The notes below the pieces were generated by a model, which saw nothing but the letters and a program-made list of their open reading frames with translations, was not told the DNA's origin and ran no database searches. Positions 1 to 12,245 of a stretch of 64,000 nucleotides of DNA are shown here, in pieces. Origin of the DNA: Mustelus asterias (taxonomy: Eukaryota). A program made the translations under genes and the position numbers. Location: assembly GCF_964213995.1 (NCBI RefSeq), contig NC_135816.1, forward strand, positions 63,550,001-63,614,000. The letters are read 5' to 3'. Each line of letters opens with the position of its first letter. Positions within the stretch are counted from its first letter, which is position 1.

Positions 1-1389
1 TGGATAAATCCCATCCGGACCAGGGGATTTATCTATTTTCAGACCCTCCAGAATATCCTGCACATCCTCCTTATCAACTGTAATACTGTCTATTCTACTC
101 CCTTGCAACCCAGTGTCCTCCTCAGCTATATTCATGTCCCCTTGCGTGAACACCGAAGAGAAATATTGGTTCAATGCTTCACCAATCTCCTCCGGTTCCA
201 CACATAACTTCCCTCTGCCATCTATAACTGGCCCTAAACTTGCCCTAACCAACCTTCTGTTCTTGACATACCTATAGAACGCCTTAGGATTCTCTTTAAC
301 CCTATCCGCCAAAGTCTTCTCATGTCCCCTTTTAGCCCTTCTAAGCTCGCTCTTCAACTCCCTCTTAGCCAATCTAAAGCTTTCTAGTGCACTACCCGAG
401 TGCTCACGTCTCATCCGAACATAAGCCTCCTTTTTCTTTTTAACCAACAAAGAAACTTTTTTGGTGCACCACGGTTCCCTAGCCCTACCAATTCCTCCTT
501 GCCTGACAGGGACATACCTATCACAGACTCGCAGTAGCTGCTCCTTGAAAAAACTCCACATGTCGGACGTTCCCAGTCCCTGTAATCTCCTAGTCCAACC
601 TATGTTTCCTAATTCTCTCCTAATAGCCTCATAATTACCCTTCCCCCAGCTAAAACCACTGGCCCGAGGTTCATGCCTATCCCTTTCCATCACTAAGGTG
701 AACGTAACCGAATTGTGGTCACTATCACCAAAATGCACACCAACTTCCAAGTCTAGCACCTGGTCTGGCTCATTTCCCAGCACCAGATCCAATATAGCCT
801 CACCTCTAGTTGGCCTGTCTACATACTGAGTCAAAAAACCTTCCTGCACGCTTTGAACAAAAACTGACCCCTCTAACGAGCTAGAGCTATAACAATTCCA
901 GTCAATATTAGTCAAGTTAAAATCCCCCATAACAATTGCCCTATTACTTTCACTCCTAAGCAGGATTGACTCCGCAATCCTTTCCTCAACCTCTCTAGAA
1001 CTTTTAGGAGGTCTATAAAAGACTCCCAACAGGGTGACCTCTCCTCTCCTATTTCTAATCTCCGCCCATACTACCTCAACAGATAAGTCCTCATCAAACC
1101 TCCTCTCTGACACTGTGATACAATCTCTGACCAATAATGCTACCCCTTCCCCTCTTCTACCTCCTTCCCTACTTCGACTAAAACATTTGAACCCCGGGAC
1201 CTGCAGCATCCATTCCTGCCCCTGCTCTATCCATGTCTCTGAAATAGCCACAACATCGAAGTCCCAGGTACTGATCCACGCTGCAAGTTCACCCACTTTA
1301 TTGCGAATACTCCTGGCATTGAAGTATACACATTTCAAACCCTGCTCCACCCCACCTCTGCAATGCCGTGCATTGCAGTCCCCATCCAT
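1..1389 (-). CDS. CR1 LINE ORF2, N-terminal APE endonuclease region, running off the window edge
   Basis: Manual minus-strand translation from ATG 1389 gives MDGDCNARHCRGGVEQGLKCVYFNARSIRNKVGELAAWISTWDFDVVAISETW. The same frame reads LKIDKSPGPDGIYP at base 1. It is absent from the ORF track, consistent with no stop before the edge. Confidence 0.85.
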   Translation of the reverse strand, partial: MDGDCNARHCRGGVEQGLKCVYFNARSIRNKVGELAAWISTWDFDVVAISETWIEQGQEWMLQVPGFKCFSRSREGGRRGEGVALLVRDCITVSERRFDEDLSVEVVWAEIRNRRGEVTLLGVFYRPPKSSREVEERIAESILLRSESNRAIVMGDFNLTNIDWNCYSSSSLEGSVFVQSVQEGFLTQYVDRPTRGEAILDLVLGNEPDQVLDLEVGVHFGDSDHNSVTFTLVMERDRHEPRASGFSWGKGNYEAIRRELGNIGWTRRLQGLGTSDMWSFFKEQLLRVCDRYVPVRQGGIGRAREPWCTKKVSLLVKKKKEAYVRMRREHSGSALESFRLAKRELKSELRRAKRGHEKTLADRVKENPKAFYRYVKNRRLVRASLGPVIDGRGKLCVEPEEIGEALNQYFSSVFTQGDMNIAEEDTGLQGSRIDSITVDKEDVQDILEGLKIDKSPGPDGIYP

Positions 1390-1460
1390 GCATCCCTCAC
1401 TTTCAGCCCCACTACTCAGGATCCCTCCCCCCCCCCGAATCAGTTTAAACCTCCCTGCAT
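1..1460 (-). mobile_element. CR1 (HER1-like) LINE, truncated near the end of ORF1
   Basis: Endonuclease motifs as above, preceded by GGTTTAAACTGA and a G-run typical of the CR1 ORF1/ORF2 boundary. Confidence 0.9.
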
Positions 1461-1461
1461 G

Positions 1462-1551
1462 GCCTGAGTGGCAGATGATGCAGCAAAACATCCCACAAAG
1501 AGGTAAGTGCCTGAGTGGCAGATGATGCAGCAAAACATCCCACAAAGAGGT
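1462..1551. repeat. Tandem duplication, 47-bp period
   Basis: gcctgagtggcagatgatgcagcaaaacatcccacaaagaggt occurs identically at 1462 and 1509. Confidence 0.95.
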
Positions 1552-1665
1552 GACCAATGGCTCACCAGCCAGCGGGTGAGATCCCCATCACCTCCATTAG
1601 ATCCAGCCCAGGGTGTCAGGCTTGGTGGGCCATGCTATAGAAATAGCACCAGAAAAGCAGCAGGA

Positions 1666-2023
1666 GGGCAGCATAGTGGCACAGTGGCCACTGCTGCTTC
1701 ACCCAACCAGCGACCCGGGTTTGATTCCGGCCTTGGGTCACTGTCTGTGTGGAGTTTGCACATTCTCCTCGGGGCTGCGTGGGTTTCCTCCGAGTGCTCC
1801 AGTTTCCTCCCACACTGCAAAGATATGCAGGTTAGGTGGATTGACCATGCTAAATTGCCCCTTAGTTTCCCAAGGTGTGTAGGTTAGGAGGATTAGCTGG
1901 ATAAATGTTTGGGAGTTACTGGGATAGGGCAGAGGGGTGGGCCTGGCAGAGATGCTCTGTCAAAGATTCGGTGCAGGTTCTATGGGCTCAACAGCTTCTT
2001 TCTGCACTGGAGGGATTCTATGA
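1666..2023 (+). mobile_element. HE1-like tRNA-derived V-SINE, CR1-type tail
   Basis: A-box GTGGCACAGTGG, B-box GGTTTGATTCC, V-domain tgtgtggagtttgcacattctcc, tail ctgcactg..ggattctatga. Confidence 0.9.
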
Positions 2024-2301
2024 AAAAGCTGAGAGTTTAATGTGTTTCGAGTTGCGATGCCTGTAAATGCACTTGGATCAATATAATTTTTGCATGTGTT
2101 GCCTGAACTGATTGTATCAGAGAATCTTGATTTGGGTAAATCTTCAGCTGTGTATTCCTTTATATTTTATATCAAAGACCCAGCTCTTGGATTGAAGATC
2201 TGTCTCAAAAAACGTTTTGGTCTGCCTTCCGTGAATGGTGGAGAACACTCGTGGTAGAACATACAGTGACAGAATTCCACCCCCCACCCCGCCAAAAATA
2301 A

Positions 2302-2438
2302 AGGCAGAATCTTCCAGCTGGTCACACTGGCAGGATTTTCTGGTCCCGCTGCAGTGGGCGATGGTTTGACTGAGTGCCTGATTCTCCATCCTCGCTGGCA
2401 GCAACAGCGGGGCGTGAACAGTTGACAGGATCGTGCCC
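2302..2438. mobile_element. Harbinger-type MITE
   Basis: Termini aggcagaatcttcc...caggatcgtgccc; internal similarity to the copy at 15171-15306. Confidence 0.65.
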
Positions 2439-2459
2439 TCATTGCCATAACATCAAACT

Positions 2460-2606
2460 AACCTACTGATGATAAAGGTGTTGTTGCAATAGTAATCCTC
2501 AGTACGAGAGGAACCGCAGGTGTATGTGCTTGTCTGAGGAGCCAATCGTGCGAAGCTACTATTTGTGGGATTATGACTGAACAGCTCTAAGTCAGAATCC
2601 CGCCTA
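2460..2606 (+). pseudogene. 28S rRNA 3'-region fragment including the sarcin-ricin loop
   Basis: cctactgatgat..gtgttgttgcaatagtaatcctcAGTACGAGAGGAACcgcaggt..gtatgtgcttgtctgaggagccaat..gcgaagctac..tgtgggattatgactgaac..ctctaagtcagaatcccgcc matches eukaryotic LSU rRNA, with small deletions and substitutions. Confidence 0.92.
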
Positions 2607-2806
2607 AAAGAATACCGGAGCAATCCACACTGGTCCGTCAGGCATGGTCCAGGTCTCAATCGTCCCACACTCAGTCACTTTTTGGGAGAGCGGTGAGTTG
2701 CGCTGAGGGGGGGGGGGGCGCGTGAGCTTAAACATGCCAGTGAGACCGGCTTCAGACCGCTCGGGCGCCATTTCACAAGGACACCCCAATCTCACAGTGC
2801 GCTGGG

Positions 2807-3032
2807 AGAACATAAGAACATAAGAACTAGGAGCTGGAGTAGGCCATCTGGCCCCTTGAGCCTGCTCCGCCATTCAATAAGATCATGGCTGATCTTTTCA
2901 TGGACTCAGCTCCACTTACCCGCCCGCTCACCTTAATTCCTTTACTGTTCAAAAATTTATCTATCCTTGCCTTAAAAACATTCAATGAGGTAGTCTCAAC
3001 TGCTTCACTGGGCAGGGAATTCCACAGATTCA
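2807..3032 (-). mobile_element. CR1 LINE 3' end
   Basis: NLWNSLPSEAVETTSLNVFKARIDKFL C-terminal motif, 3' UTR and (ttcttatg)n terminal repeat. Confidence 0.9.
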
Positions 3033-4759
3033 AGAGACCACCGCCTTCCCCCCCACAGACATTGGGAGCCCCCACCCCGTCTCATTGGAGCATGTTCCCC
3101 CACCCACCTCCCCAACACGGATCGCTGGCATCAGCACATCGGGTCGCTCATGATGGGTCTCCCTGCCTGACCCCTGACATACCCCCACATCATGCCCCCA
3201 TCTTGCACAATCCCCCCCTGCGCAACCCCTCCCCGCATAGACACCCGTCATAGTCCCCCCATTACTGGAGTGACCTGTAATACAGAAAATGAAAGCATAT
3301 CTCATGTAAAACCTGGAAATTGTTACAACATCAACAATGGCACACTGTGTCAAACATAATAATCTGGCTGCTTTTGCTGACAGTATAACAATCCTGATGG
3401 TCCATTACTCGTGTATGACCCCTAATCATTGGTGAACTATTTGACTACCAGAACATCACAGTCAAGCCAAATTTTCCCTTCATCCAACATAGATTGGCAC
3501 CAAGTAGATCGTGGATACAAGATTACTTATTGGTTTAACCTTGGGGAAGCCAAATGCAGCAGCCCCATTACTACGTTGACCAAGATCATCAAAATCAACA
3601 CTCTGCAGAGGAATTACTTCGAACCTTCGTGGCTAGTATTTCTCAGCAAATAAAGGCCAACAATCTTACTGTCAACTGGACTGGGTAAGGTTCAAGGGGG
3701 GGCAATTTTCAACTAACATCTAAAACAATCTCTTTACTGAAAAGGCTCCTGAGCACGTGATACAATTACGTCTGCCCATTTGTACCTGTAAGTTACAATG
3801 GGGTCCTATAATCAGTGGAGGATCTTGATTTGCAGATTTAAACAGTCTCCTGCCTGTTTCAGTCAGGGACACATTAGGGCCCAACAGCAAACTGTATCAG
3901 GTGGGCCTTGGGTTTCGAGGGGCGGCCCACTCCCCACCCCCCAAGTGCCCCCCCCCCCCCCGCCCGCAACTTGCCCCACAACTGCACCCCCACCCCTGCA
4001 ATTTCAATTGCTGGCTACCACTATGTTTCATGAAAAACAGGCAGTCAGGCTTTGAAATCACGCATGCCCTGATGGTCCTGTTAAGTTTGGCGTATAAAGT
4101 TGGACGCTACTTAGTCATGATTAATCCTGAATGTTGGAACTGAGTTCCAGTCGGTAAAAGTTTGGAAAACTCTTCATATCTCCAGCAAAAAAAAATGATA
4201 TTAAGCATAGATAAACTTGGCACTTTAAGCTCTTGGCTCGTGTTGTCTGTGCCATTAAGTATTTGGAGGGTGACGCTTGGGCTCAAGTGGATTTGTGAGG
4301 TGGGTTTCACCCATTTGCACTGGTTCCTTGTGCACAATACATTGTAGTAGGCACCTTCCAGAGCTCCTGTCAGATTCTGTGCCTGTGACACTGAGATCTG
4401 CCTCCCCCAGTTTACAGCAGCTGGCTTGCTGGAAGCAGCCCCGGCAGCCCGTGCAAACAGATGTAATGTATTTTTGCACTGGACCATGCTGTTCTCATTT
4501 AAAAAGTGTGAACTTATAATTATCAGAATTATGCTTTTAATTATGTGGCAATTAGTCTCCTGCAATGAGCTGAGAGGAAGCATATAGAATTATTTATTGC
4601 CTTAATTCATTTCAGTCAAAATTTTGTGCAATAATTTTTTAACCCTAGATATATCATTGGGTTGAGTAAGAAGTGGGCAGTAACTATGCAGCTTCTATAA
4701 ATGCAAAATGCAAAACGTGCTAAATAGTTTTGAGTCCAGTGAACAAAAATAATAGGTAA

Positions 4760-4870
4760 AAAAGAAAAAGGAAGATTTGCATTTATATAGTGCCTTTCAT
4801 AACCGCAGGAACTCCTAAAGCATTTGGATAATGGAATACCTTTGAATTGTAGTCACTATTGTCATGTCGA
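4760..4870 (-). mobile_element. Deu-type (SacSINE1-like) SINE tail fragment
   Basis: gatttgcatttatatagtgcctttcataacc..aaagca tail shared with copies at 19.2, 25.1 and 37.9 kb. Confidence 0.55.
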
Positions 4871-5459
4871 ATGTGGATATGCAGCATTATGCTTATAGTC
4901 AGTCAATCTAGTTTCAGAAACACTGGTACGAAGCCAATAGCCAGGGAGTATGTGTGTGTGTGTGTGTTGGGGAGCATAGTGAACTGGAGGAGTGGTTGAC
5001 AGTGGGGTTGGTGTTCAATCATTGTACTGTCTTTAGCAGATTGATGCAGGTCTCTCTACTGCAGATGACTGAGGTATATCCTGGTTTATAGGAGTCATGG
5101 TCTTCCTTTTGTGACGAGGCCTTCTTGACAGGCTCAGATCTTTGAGCAGTTTAACTTTCTCAACCATCTAAGCACATCTTCACTGCAGCAACTCTGGTTT
5201 CCATCACACTTTTGTCATTGTAATGCCAACGGAGTGAAAAGCTTCCCCAAGAAATGTTCAACACTTAGGAAAACTCCCGAAAGCAGCATCTTACCAGGAA
5301 AACAGAATGGAGGCTAAGACTTCTGAAGAGATGATATTGTTACTTGCTTTCTGTGTTCTTTTCATAAATGACATAAAACGCCTTCAAATTGCCAACTTTG
5401 TTTGAAATATAAAGACTGTACTCCTGAAAATTCTGCAGTGTCTCAAACTTTAAACACCC

Positions 5460-6619
5460 TGGCTGGAATTCTCCCCCAAAAATTCTGAGTGTTGAATTTA
5501 TGTGAAAACTGGAGTAAATCATGCTGCTTTTTTCAGTGGGAGTTCAGAGAAGAATCTCCCACACTCTGAGCAATGCAGAGGCAACTAGCATGAATATCAT
5601 TAAAAACTAGAGGGTGGGGCTTATTACCGCTGGAGAGGCTGAAACCAGCGCACTGAGTAGGCCACTGCACATGCGCCGATCTGTCAGCTCCAAGATCAGC
5701 ACATGTGCAATGGCCCCGCACTGCCGGCCTCTCGATTGCTGGCCAGTTCAATCACTGGCCAGCCCTGAGACCTCCGCATCGCCAGCCCTCCACAGCCCAA
5801 TCGCTGCTCCCCCACCCCCCACCCCCTGACCATTCCTGGGCCCAGCCCAGACACCTCCTTCCCGGCCCACCCCAATCTCCAGCCCGCCACCCCCCCCCCG
5901 ATAGTTACCCCCGGCAGTCCCGATCCTGCCCCCAGCAGTGCCAATCGCCCCAGCAGTCCCAACACTCACCCACCCCACCACAGCTGAACCCCTCCCATCC
6001 CCCCCCAGTCCACCCCGATCGCTGGCCTCCTTCCATCCCCCACTGATCCCTATGCAGAGTGGCAGAGGGACCCCCACCACCAACGATCGCCCCCTAGGCA
6101 TCACTCCATCAGGCCCTGCCCATAGGCCCGCCCCCATCAGCCCTGCCCAATGGGCAGTGCCAAAGTGCCCCCTGGGGATTGGCACCTTGCCCTTTGGGCA
6201 GTGCTAGGCTGCCCAAGCTGGCACTGCCAGGGTGCCAGTGCCCAAGGGGCAGCCCGCCCCCCCCCATGCCTGACCCTCTGGGGAGAGACCCCGATTGCGC
6301 CCCCCCCTTCACTCCAACAGGGTCGGGCTGCTGGCTCCCTGAAAGTGAGGAGCTACTGTAAACCCTGCTGGAGTGAAATACTCTAGCTAGCGGGCCCAGA
6401 GACCTCAGTCCTGCGCCCGCTAATAGGATTTAAAATCTATGGTAATGAACATTACCATAATTTATGCGCCTCCCCACCAATTCCCGGCGCAGAGTTGACG
6501 CTGCCGGAAATCTGGCCCCAGGAGATGCCAGCGGGCCGGGACGCCCAGCGCGGATCCCGTGCATCGGGCGCTGCTGGAATTTCCCAGCCTGCTGCACTAA
6601 AAAATTAACGATTCATCCC
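5460..6619. mobile_element. Long GC-rich non-autonomous Harbinger-type DNA element
   Basis: Left end tggctggaattctcc, right end gattcatccc, possible CCC TSD; homologous truncated copy at 47655-48140. Confidence 0.65.
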
Positions 6620-7885
6620 CCCACAAATAAAAATGATTTCAGATATCTTCAGAATGATTTTGAGAGTGTAACAATTCTCCCTTTTATTTATTCCTCTATT
6701 CTCAGATCTGCTAAGCAATGTCATATTCTCAACCAAAGAGGCAGATTTGTGGCTTGCTCCCTGGCCTCTGTGAGTTCCCTCTGAAACCTGGTGCCTGAAG
6801 TGACACAAGAATGTCCAAAGGATTGCTTTTTCAGATTTTCCATTTGTGAGTGACGTTCCACGTCTCCCGCTCTACACTGCCTGGCAGTTAGGCATGACAT
6901 TCCTCATCTTGCTAAAAAATGGGAAAATAATTGGAGAAAATTTAGGGCCAATTGTAACGTGACCTACCCTGCAAATTCAGAGTTAAGGTAGTTGTGATGA
7001 ACTTACCACCCCACTCCTGCTCTGCCACTTTATTTTTGAGCCTGCGATCACTTTAACCGGACACTCTTAATCCCTTTTTCCCTTGTTCAGATCAGTAAAG
7101 GACACAGAAGCATCTGTAGGCACATCAGACATTGCAGTGCAGGTTATGTTCCAGAGACATGTATCTCAGAAAGATGCATAGAAAGACCTTTGCTACGGTA
7201 AGGTATGTTACATTAAATGATAGTATTGTGGAAGGCAAGAGAAGAGTAAGGTTGAGATCTATATAGTGCCTTGCCTTTTGGAAACATTTTCAGCAGATGA
7301 AATTTTACACCCACCGTGTAATCAGAAAATTACCCCAATATACACTAGAAAGATTTCATTTTGTCTTTACCAGTTAATTTAGGTACACAAATGAATTTAA
7401 TTTCAACAGACAATCTGATTCTCTGCCTTTGGTTAGCGTGTTAAATGTGAGCACGTTGACTTCTTAAACTTCATTAATTGGCAATTATTGAGAGGAGCTT
7501 TGCAGCTCCCAGCCGCCTGGTGTGAAAGCTGGATTTAGATCTTGAGAACAGATTGATTGTGAAAATACAGTCCGTTCTGAATCACAGAAATCACACTGAA
7601 GCATAAACATAATCTTCAAAATAAAAAAATGAGTCACCAGCTCTGAATGTCAGTGAAGGCTTGACTAGGCAGTAATGATCTCAGTGCTGTGGGTTTGCCA
7701 CAGGTCTTGAGATACTGATGCATGTTTCCTGGGAGGCAAATATGTATTGAAAATTACCAGAGGAGTTGAAATCTTGTGGTATAAGTCAAGAATAAACGGG
7801 CTGCTTTTGTCTTTGTGAGGAATATTTGGAATAGTTTATGGTTTCATAATTGATGCTGGAATATTGAAAATCAACTGGAAACTGT

Positions 7886-8185
7886 GGCACGGTAGCACAG
7901 TGGTTAGCACTACTGCCTCACAGCACCAGGGATCCGGGTTCAATTCCCTGCTTGGGTCACTGTCTGTGTGGAGTTTGCACGTTCTCCCCGTGTCTGTGTG
8001 GATTTCCTCCGGGTGCTCCGGTTTCCTCTCACAGTCTAAAGATGTGCGGGTTAGGTAGATTGGCCATGCTAAATTGACCCTAGTGTCAGGGGGAATAGCA
8101 GTGTAAATATGTGGGGTTATGGGAATAGGGCTTGGGTGGGATAGAGGTCCGAAATGCCTCCTTCTGCACTGTCAGGATTCTATGA
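7886..8185 (+). mobile_element. HE1-like V-SINE, CR1-type tail
   Basis: tRNA-like head, V-domain and ggattctatga tail. Confidence 0.9.
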
Positions 8186-9346
8186 ACCCAACCGTGGCAT
8201 TTCTTCCAAAACATTCCAGCTGGTGCTCAATACTTCCATCGTGAAGAAGCTGAAAGGTATGAAAGCAATGGGCAACCAGCTCACTGTCACTGAAGAATTC
8301 CAATGGATACCAGCTTCAACCAGGAGGTAGATTTTCTAAGGCTTCACTTAGAAGGAGGAAAAGGTAGGCCAACATTCGCTTATCTCTTCAGTGGCAGCAG
8401 AGTCCCAAAGCAAATTCAACCTATGGCTAATAACATGTCCATTAAAACAGTACTCCTTCATAATTCAGAGATCCTGGGATGAAATGGAACTGTAAGGTTA
8501 AATATTAGCCCTGGGATCCTTCCTGATGTGCTCTAGCCAACCCAGTGGTTTGTGATCCTATCTAGAAAAGCAGTGGGAACATTACCCACTGCTGATAAAC
8601 TGCATGTAATTAAAATTCAAGTTAAATAACAATATACTTGAGTACTGTCAAAGTTGGTGCTTCTTAATCCTCATTTCCTGCCTATCTTTGCAGAAGTACT
8701 CCAGTCTTAATTAAAGCAAAATGCATCTCAATGGTGAGAGTGCACTCTCTGTATTAAGCAAACCCAAGGGTGTTTCTCAATAGTTTATCTTGGAAAATTT
8801 TAACTCTGGTGACGGGGAGTTTACATAATGTCAGACACCCAGCTGCCAAGAAAATATCTCTGTCAGCCAGGTGTCTGACACATATGGAAATCACTTCACC
8901 ATGTTTAAGAATGTCCCGGACAAACCACTGAAAGCCAGTGCCAAGCCAGGTTACGCTCATCATTGCATTCAAGCACAGGTACGAGTCCAATTTTGGACTA
9001 GACAGCATTTTTTCCTACTCTCATATTGTTTATGGTTTAAAAATGTGAGAAAACATCACACAAGGGATGGTGACTTGCCGCACCAAGGATCCTCCTTCCA
9101 CTAACCATTTGCAAGCTGTCCCATAACCAAGATTTTCCAGTCCTGCCATGCTTCGATTGAGCATTCAAATGTCTGCTGACTGCCCGCCAGTAAAATTTGG
9201 GCCTTTAATTACTTGATCTGCAAAGAGAACATCAAACATTTTTTCTTCATTTCCTCATCACATTAACATGGATGAACAACACTCAACACTATCATTCTTG
9301 TCACTTCTCTCTAATCTAAACCTTCACTGTCCTTTCAAAAGTAACA

Positions 9347-10428
9347 AAACTCATCCAAACTCCATGGCTGGGACTCGGCTCCTCCCTCTGCAACTGGATC
9401 CTAGACTTCCTAGCCCACAGCCCGCAATCAGTAAGGATAGGCAACGACACCACCTCCACAATTATCCTTGGCTCTAGTGCCTCGCAAGGTTGTGTCCTCA
9501 GCCCCTTACTATGCTCCTTATACACCCATGATTGTGTGGCCAAATTCCACTCCAACTCTCTTTTCAAGTTTGCTGATGACATCACTATAGTGGGTCAGAT
9601 CTCAAACAATGAAGAGATGGAATACGGGAAAGTGAAATGGTGTGACACCAATAATCTCTCCCTCAATGTCAGTAAAACGAAGGTGATAGTTATCGACTTC
9701 AGGAAGCATAGTGGAGGACATGTCCCTGTCTACATCAATGGTGATGAAGTGGAAATGGGCGAGAGCTTCAAGTTTCTAGATGTCCAGATCACCAACACTG
9801 TCCTATAGTTAAGAAAGCCCACCAACGCCTCTACTTTCTCAGGAGTCTAAGGAAATTCGGGTGTCCACTACAACTCTTGCCAATTTTTACAGATGCACCA
9901 TAGAAAGCATTCTTTCTGGTTGTACCGCAGTTTGGTATGGCTCCTGCGCTGACCAAGACCGCAAGAAACTACAAAGGCTTGTGAACATAGCCCAGTCCAT
10001 CATGCAAACCAGCCTCCCATCCATTGACTCTGTCTACACATCCCGCTGCCTTGGAAAAGCAGCCAACATAATCAAGGACCCCACGCACTCCCAGCCATAC
10101 TCTTTTCCACCTTCTTCCACCGGGAAAAAGGTACAAAAGTCTGAGTACACATACCAACTGACTCAAGAACAGTTTCTTCCCTGTTGCCATCAGACTTTTG
10201 AATGAACCTACCTTATAGAACAAAGAGAACAAAGAAAAGTACAGCACAGGAGCAGGCCTTAGGCTGATCTTTCTCTTCACCCTATCTGTAACTGCAACAT
10301 TATATTCTGACCCTCCCCTTTTCTTCTCCCCTATGTACTCTATGAATGGTATGTTTTGTGGTAAAGCGTGTAAGAAACAATACTTTTCACTGTGTCCAAA
10401 TACATGTGACAATAATAAATCAAATCAA
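9347..10428 (+). mobile_element. Rex1/Babar LINE, 3' part, decayed RT
   Basis: [40 protein letters not shown] motifs; ends tgtgacaataataaatcaaatcaa. A roughly 40-bp CR1 tail lies within it at about 10218-10260. Confidence 0.88.
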
Positions 10429-11159
10429 GTAAGGTGATGAAGATTGTATGGAATTTTCAAATGTTATTTTCAGTCACCTATACAAGATTAGAGTAAAGTT
10501 GTGTTACAATCCTAGCATAAACCAAAATAATCATATTTACCAAACAACCTCCAAAATGAAGAAATCACCAACAATACATACCTTTTTTGTAATATTTACT
10601 TTTAACAGAAATTAGAACCAAAGTAAATTAACTATAAATTAATAGCCAAATAATACTTCAAATAAAATGATAAATTTCACTTTAAGTTGTTGAGACAACA
10701 AAATCACATCTTACACAACCTCAACTATCCACATCACTCCCCGCAGGCATGGCACTACTTAGCTCTACAACTTCACAATATGCTTTTTGTTATTCAGGCA
10801 AAGTATCTAACAACAGCGTTCACCCTTCAAGTTTCAGAAGTATGATTATCATCAGCAAGGCACACATCAACAAACTCCCTCTCACTTGGATCACGGCAGT
10901 CTTGATGATGTACCTTTCCAGAGATCCTTTTCCACTGACCAATCAATGAACTCCCTTATTCATGCTTTGACCATTTCTGGGAAAACACTCAGCGTCTTTC
11001 ATGTCTGCAGGCTTGTCAAACAGCTTTCCAGGTTTTGGACCTTTTTAGCCTGCTCGCATATTGTCTCCAAGAGCTCCTGTCCCTTTTCTGCTAAACAGAA
11101 AAACTAACATCTTCCAGAGAGGGATTTGCTTCTTTACCTCACAAGAATTCAGTATTTTT

Positions 11160-11226
11160 AAAAAATTAGGAATGTGGGTGTCGCTGGCTAGGCCAGCATT
11201 TATTGCCCATCCTAATTGCCCTTGAA
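11160..11226 (-). mobile_element. 3' tail of Zenon/L2-like LINE
   Basis: ggctaggccagcatttattgcccatcc is the reverse complement of the tail at 21435-21480. Confidence 0.7.
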
Positions 11227-11454
11227 TGTGTGCCTCTATCTGCTTTCTCTTAGTGTCCACATCTGTGTGCCGATAACCTTCTCCCTCGAGCTCTCCTCTT
11301 CTTTACAGCAATGGCTTCTTTGCCTGTCTTCTCTGTGTCTGGCTACATAGCATTCATATTTTAACAGCTTTCCTGTTGGTACTGCTTCCAAGACAAGGGT
11401 TGCCAAGTCATAAGGATCAGTATTTCTTGTTATCCAAGAAAATTATAATTCACA

Positions 11455-11950
11455 AAATCATAGAACTGTTATGGCGCAAAAGGAGGCAATTCAGCCCATT
11501 GTGCCGGCACCAGCTCTCCAAATGAGCATTATGACTTAGCCAAATTCTCCTGCCTTTTCCCTGTACCCTTACACATTGTTTTTATTCAAATCATTACCTA
11601 ATGCCCTCTTGAATGTCTCGATTGAACCTATCTCCACCACACCTCCAGGCAGTGCAGTCCAGACCCGAACCACTCATTAGATGAAAAAATTGTTTCTCAT
11701 ATCACATTTGCTTCTTTTGCAAATCACTTTAAACAGTTTCTCCCTACTCTGTCCAACCCTTTCATGATTTTGAACATTCCATCAAATCTCCTCTTAGCTT
11801 TCTTCTCTCCAAGGAGAACAGTCTCAACATCTTCAGTCTATCCTCATAGATGAAGTTTCTTAGCCCTAGTACCATTCTTGTAAACTTCTTCTGCACGATC
11901 TCCAATGTCTTCACATCCTTCCCGTAGTGTGTTGCTCAGAACTGAACAAT
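11455..11950 (-). mobile_element. CR1 LINE 3' end, old
   Basis: catagaa terminal repeat and reverse-strand LFSLEKRKLRGDL-like sequence. Confidence 0.8.
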
Positions 11951-12245
11951 CTTTGCAAACTTAAAAGTCCTTTTCCAACATTTGTAAAAAAAACAATTAC
12001 TGATGCCAGAGACATTTTAAATAATTATAAATTTCCTTACTGTGCTGTTTCCAGGTAAGAGGTCATGACAGTCATTCTTTTAACTTATAATAGAATACCT
12101 CCTAATATTTAAGTAGCATTATTTATGATGGTTTTGTTTTGCCTGAAAACCCTCCATGATTGATGAATATTTACCCTTTTTTCAACTTTCCTGCTCCAAT
12201 AGGTTCACATTCAGTCACCATATTCAAAATCATAATCAATAATAT

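Noticed and set aside
1613-1887. Recurrent peptide LGHCLCGVCTFSPCLRGFPPG in many ORFs
   Set aside because: Translation of the SINE V-domain, not a protein family.
4107-4583. 158-aa minus-strand ORF in unique DNA
   Set aside because: No recognisable domain or splice structure; length is compatible with chance.
5533-6784. Many overlapping Pro/Gly-rich ORFs
   Set aside because: Artefact of GC-rich TE interior; no domain recognisable.
7091-7202. Possible plus-strand exon with AG/GT borders
   Set aside because: Peptide unrecognised, stops in or near all frames, no partner exons.
10502-11412. Possible solo LTR starting tgttacaa
   Set aside because: No convincing right terminus, TSD or second copy in the window.
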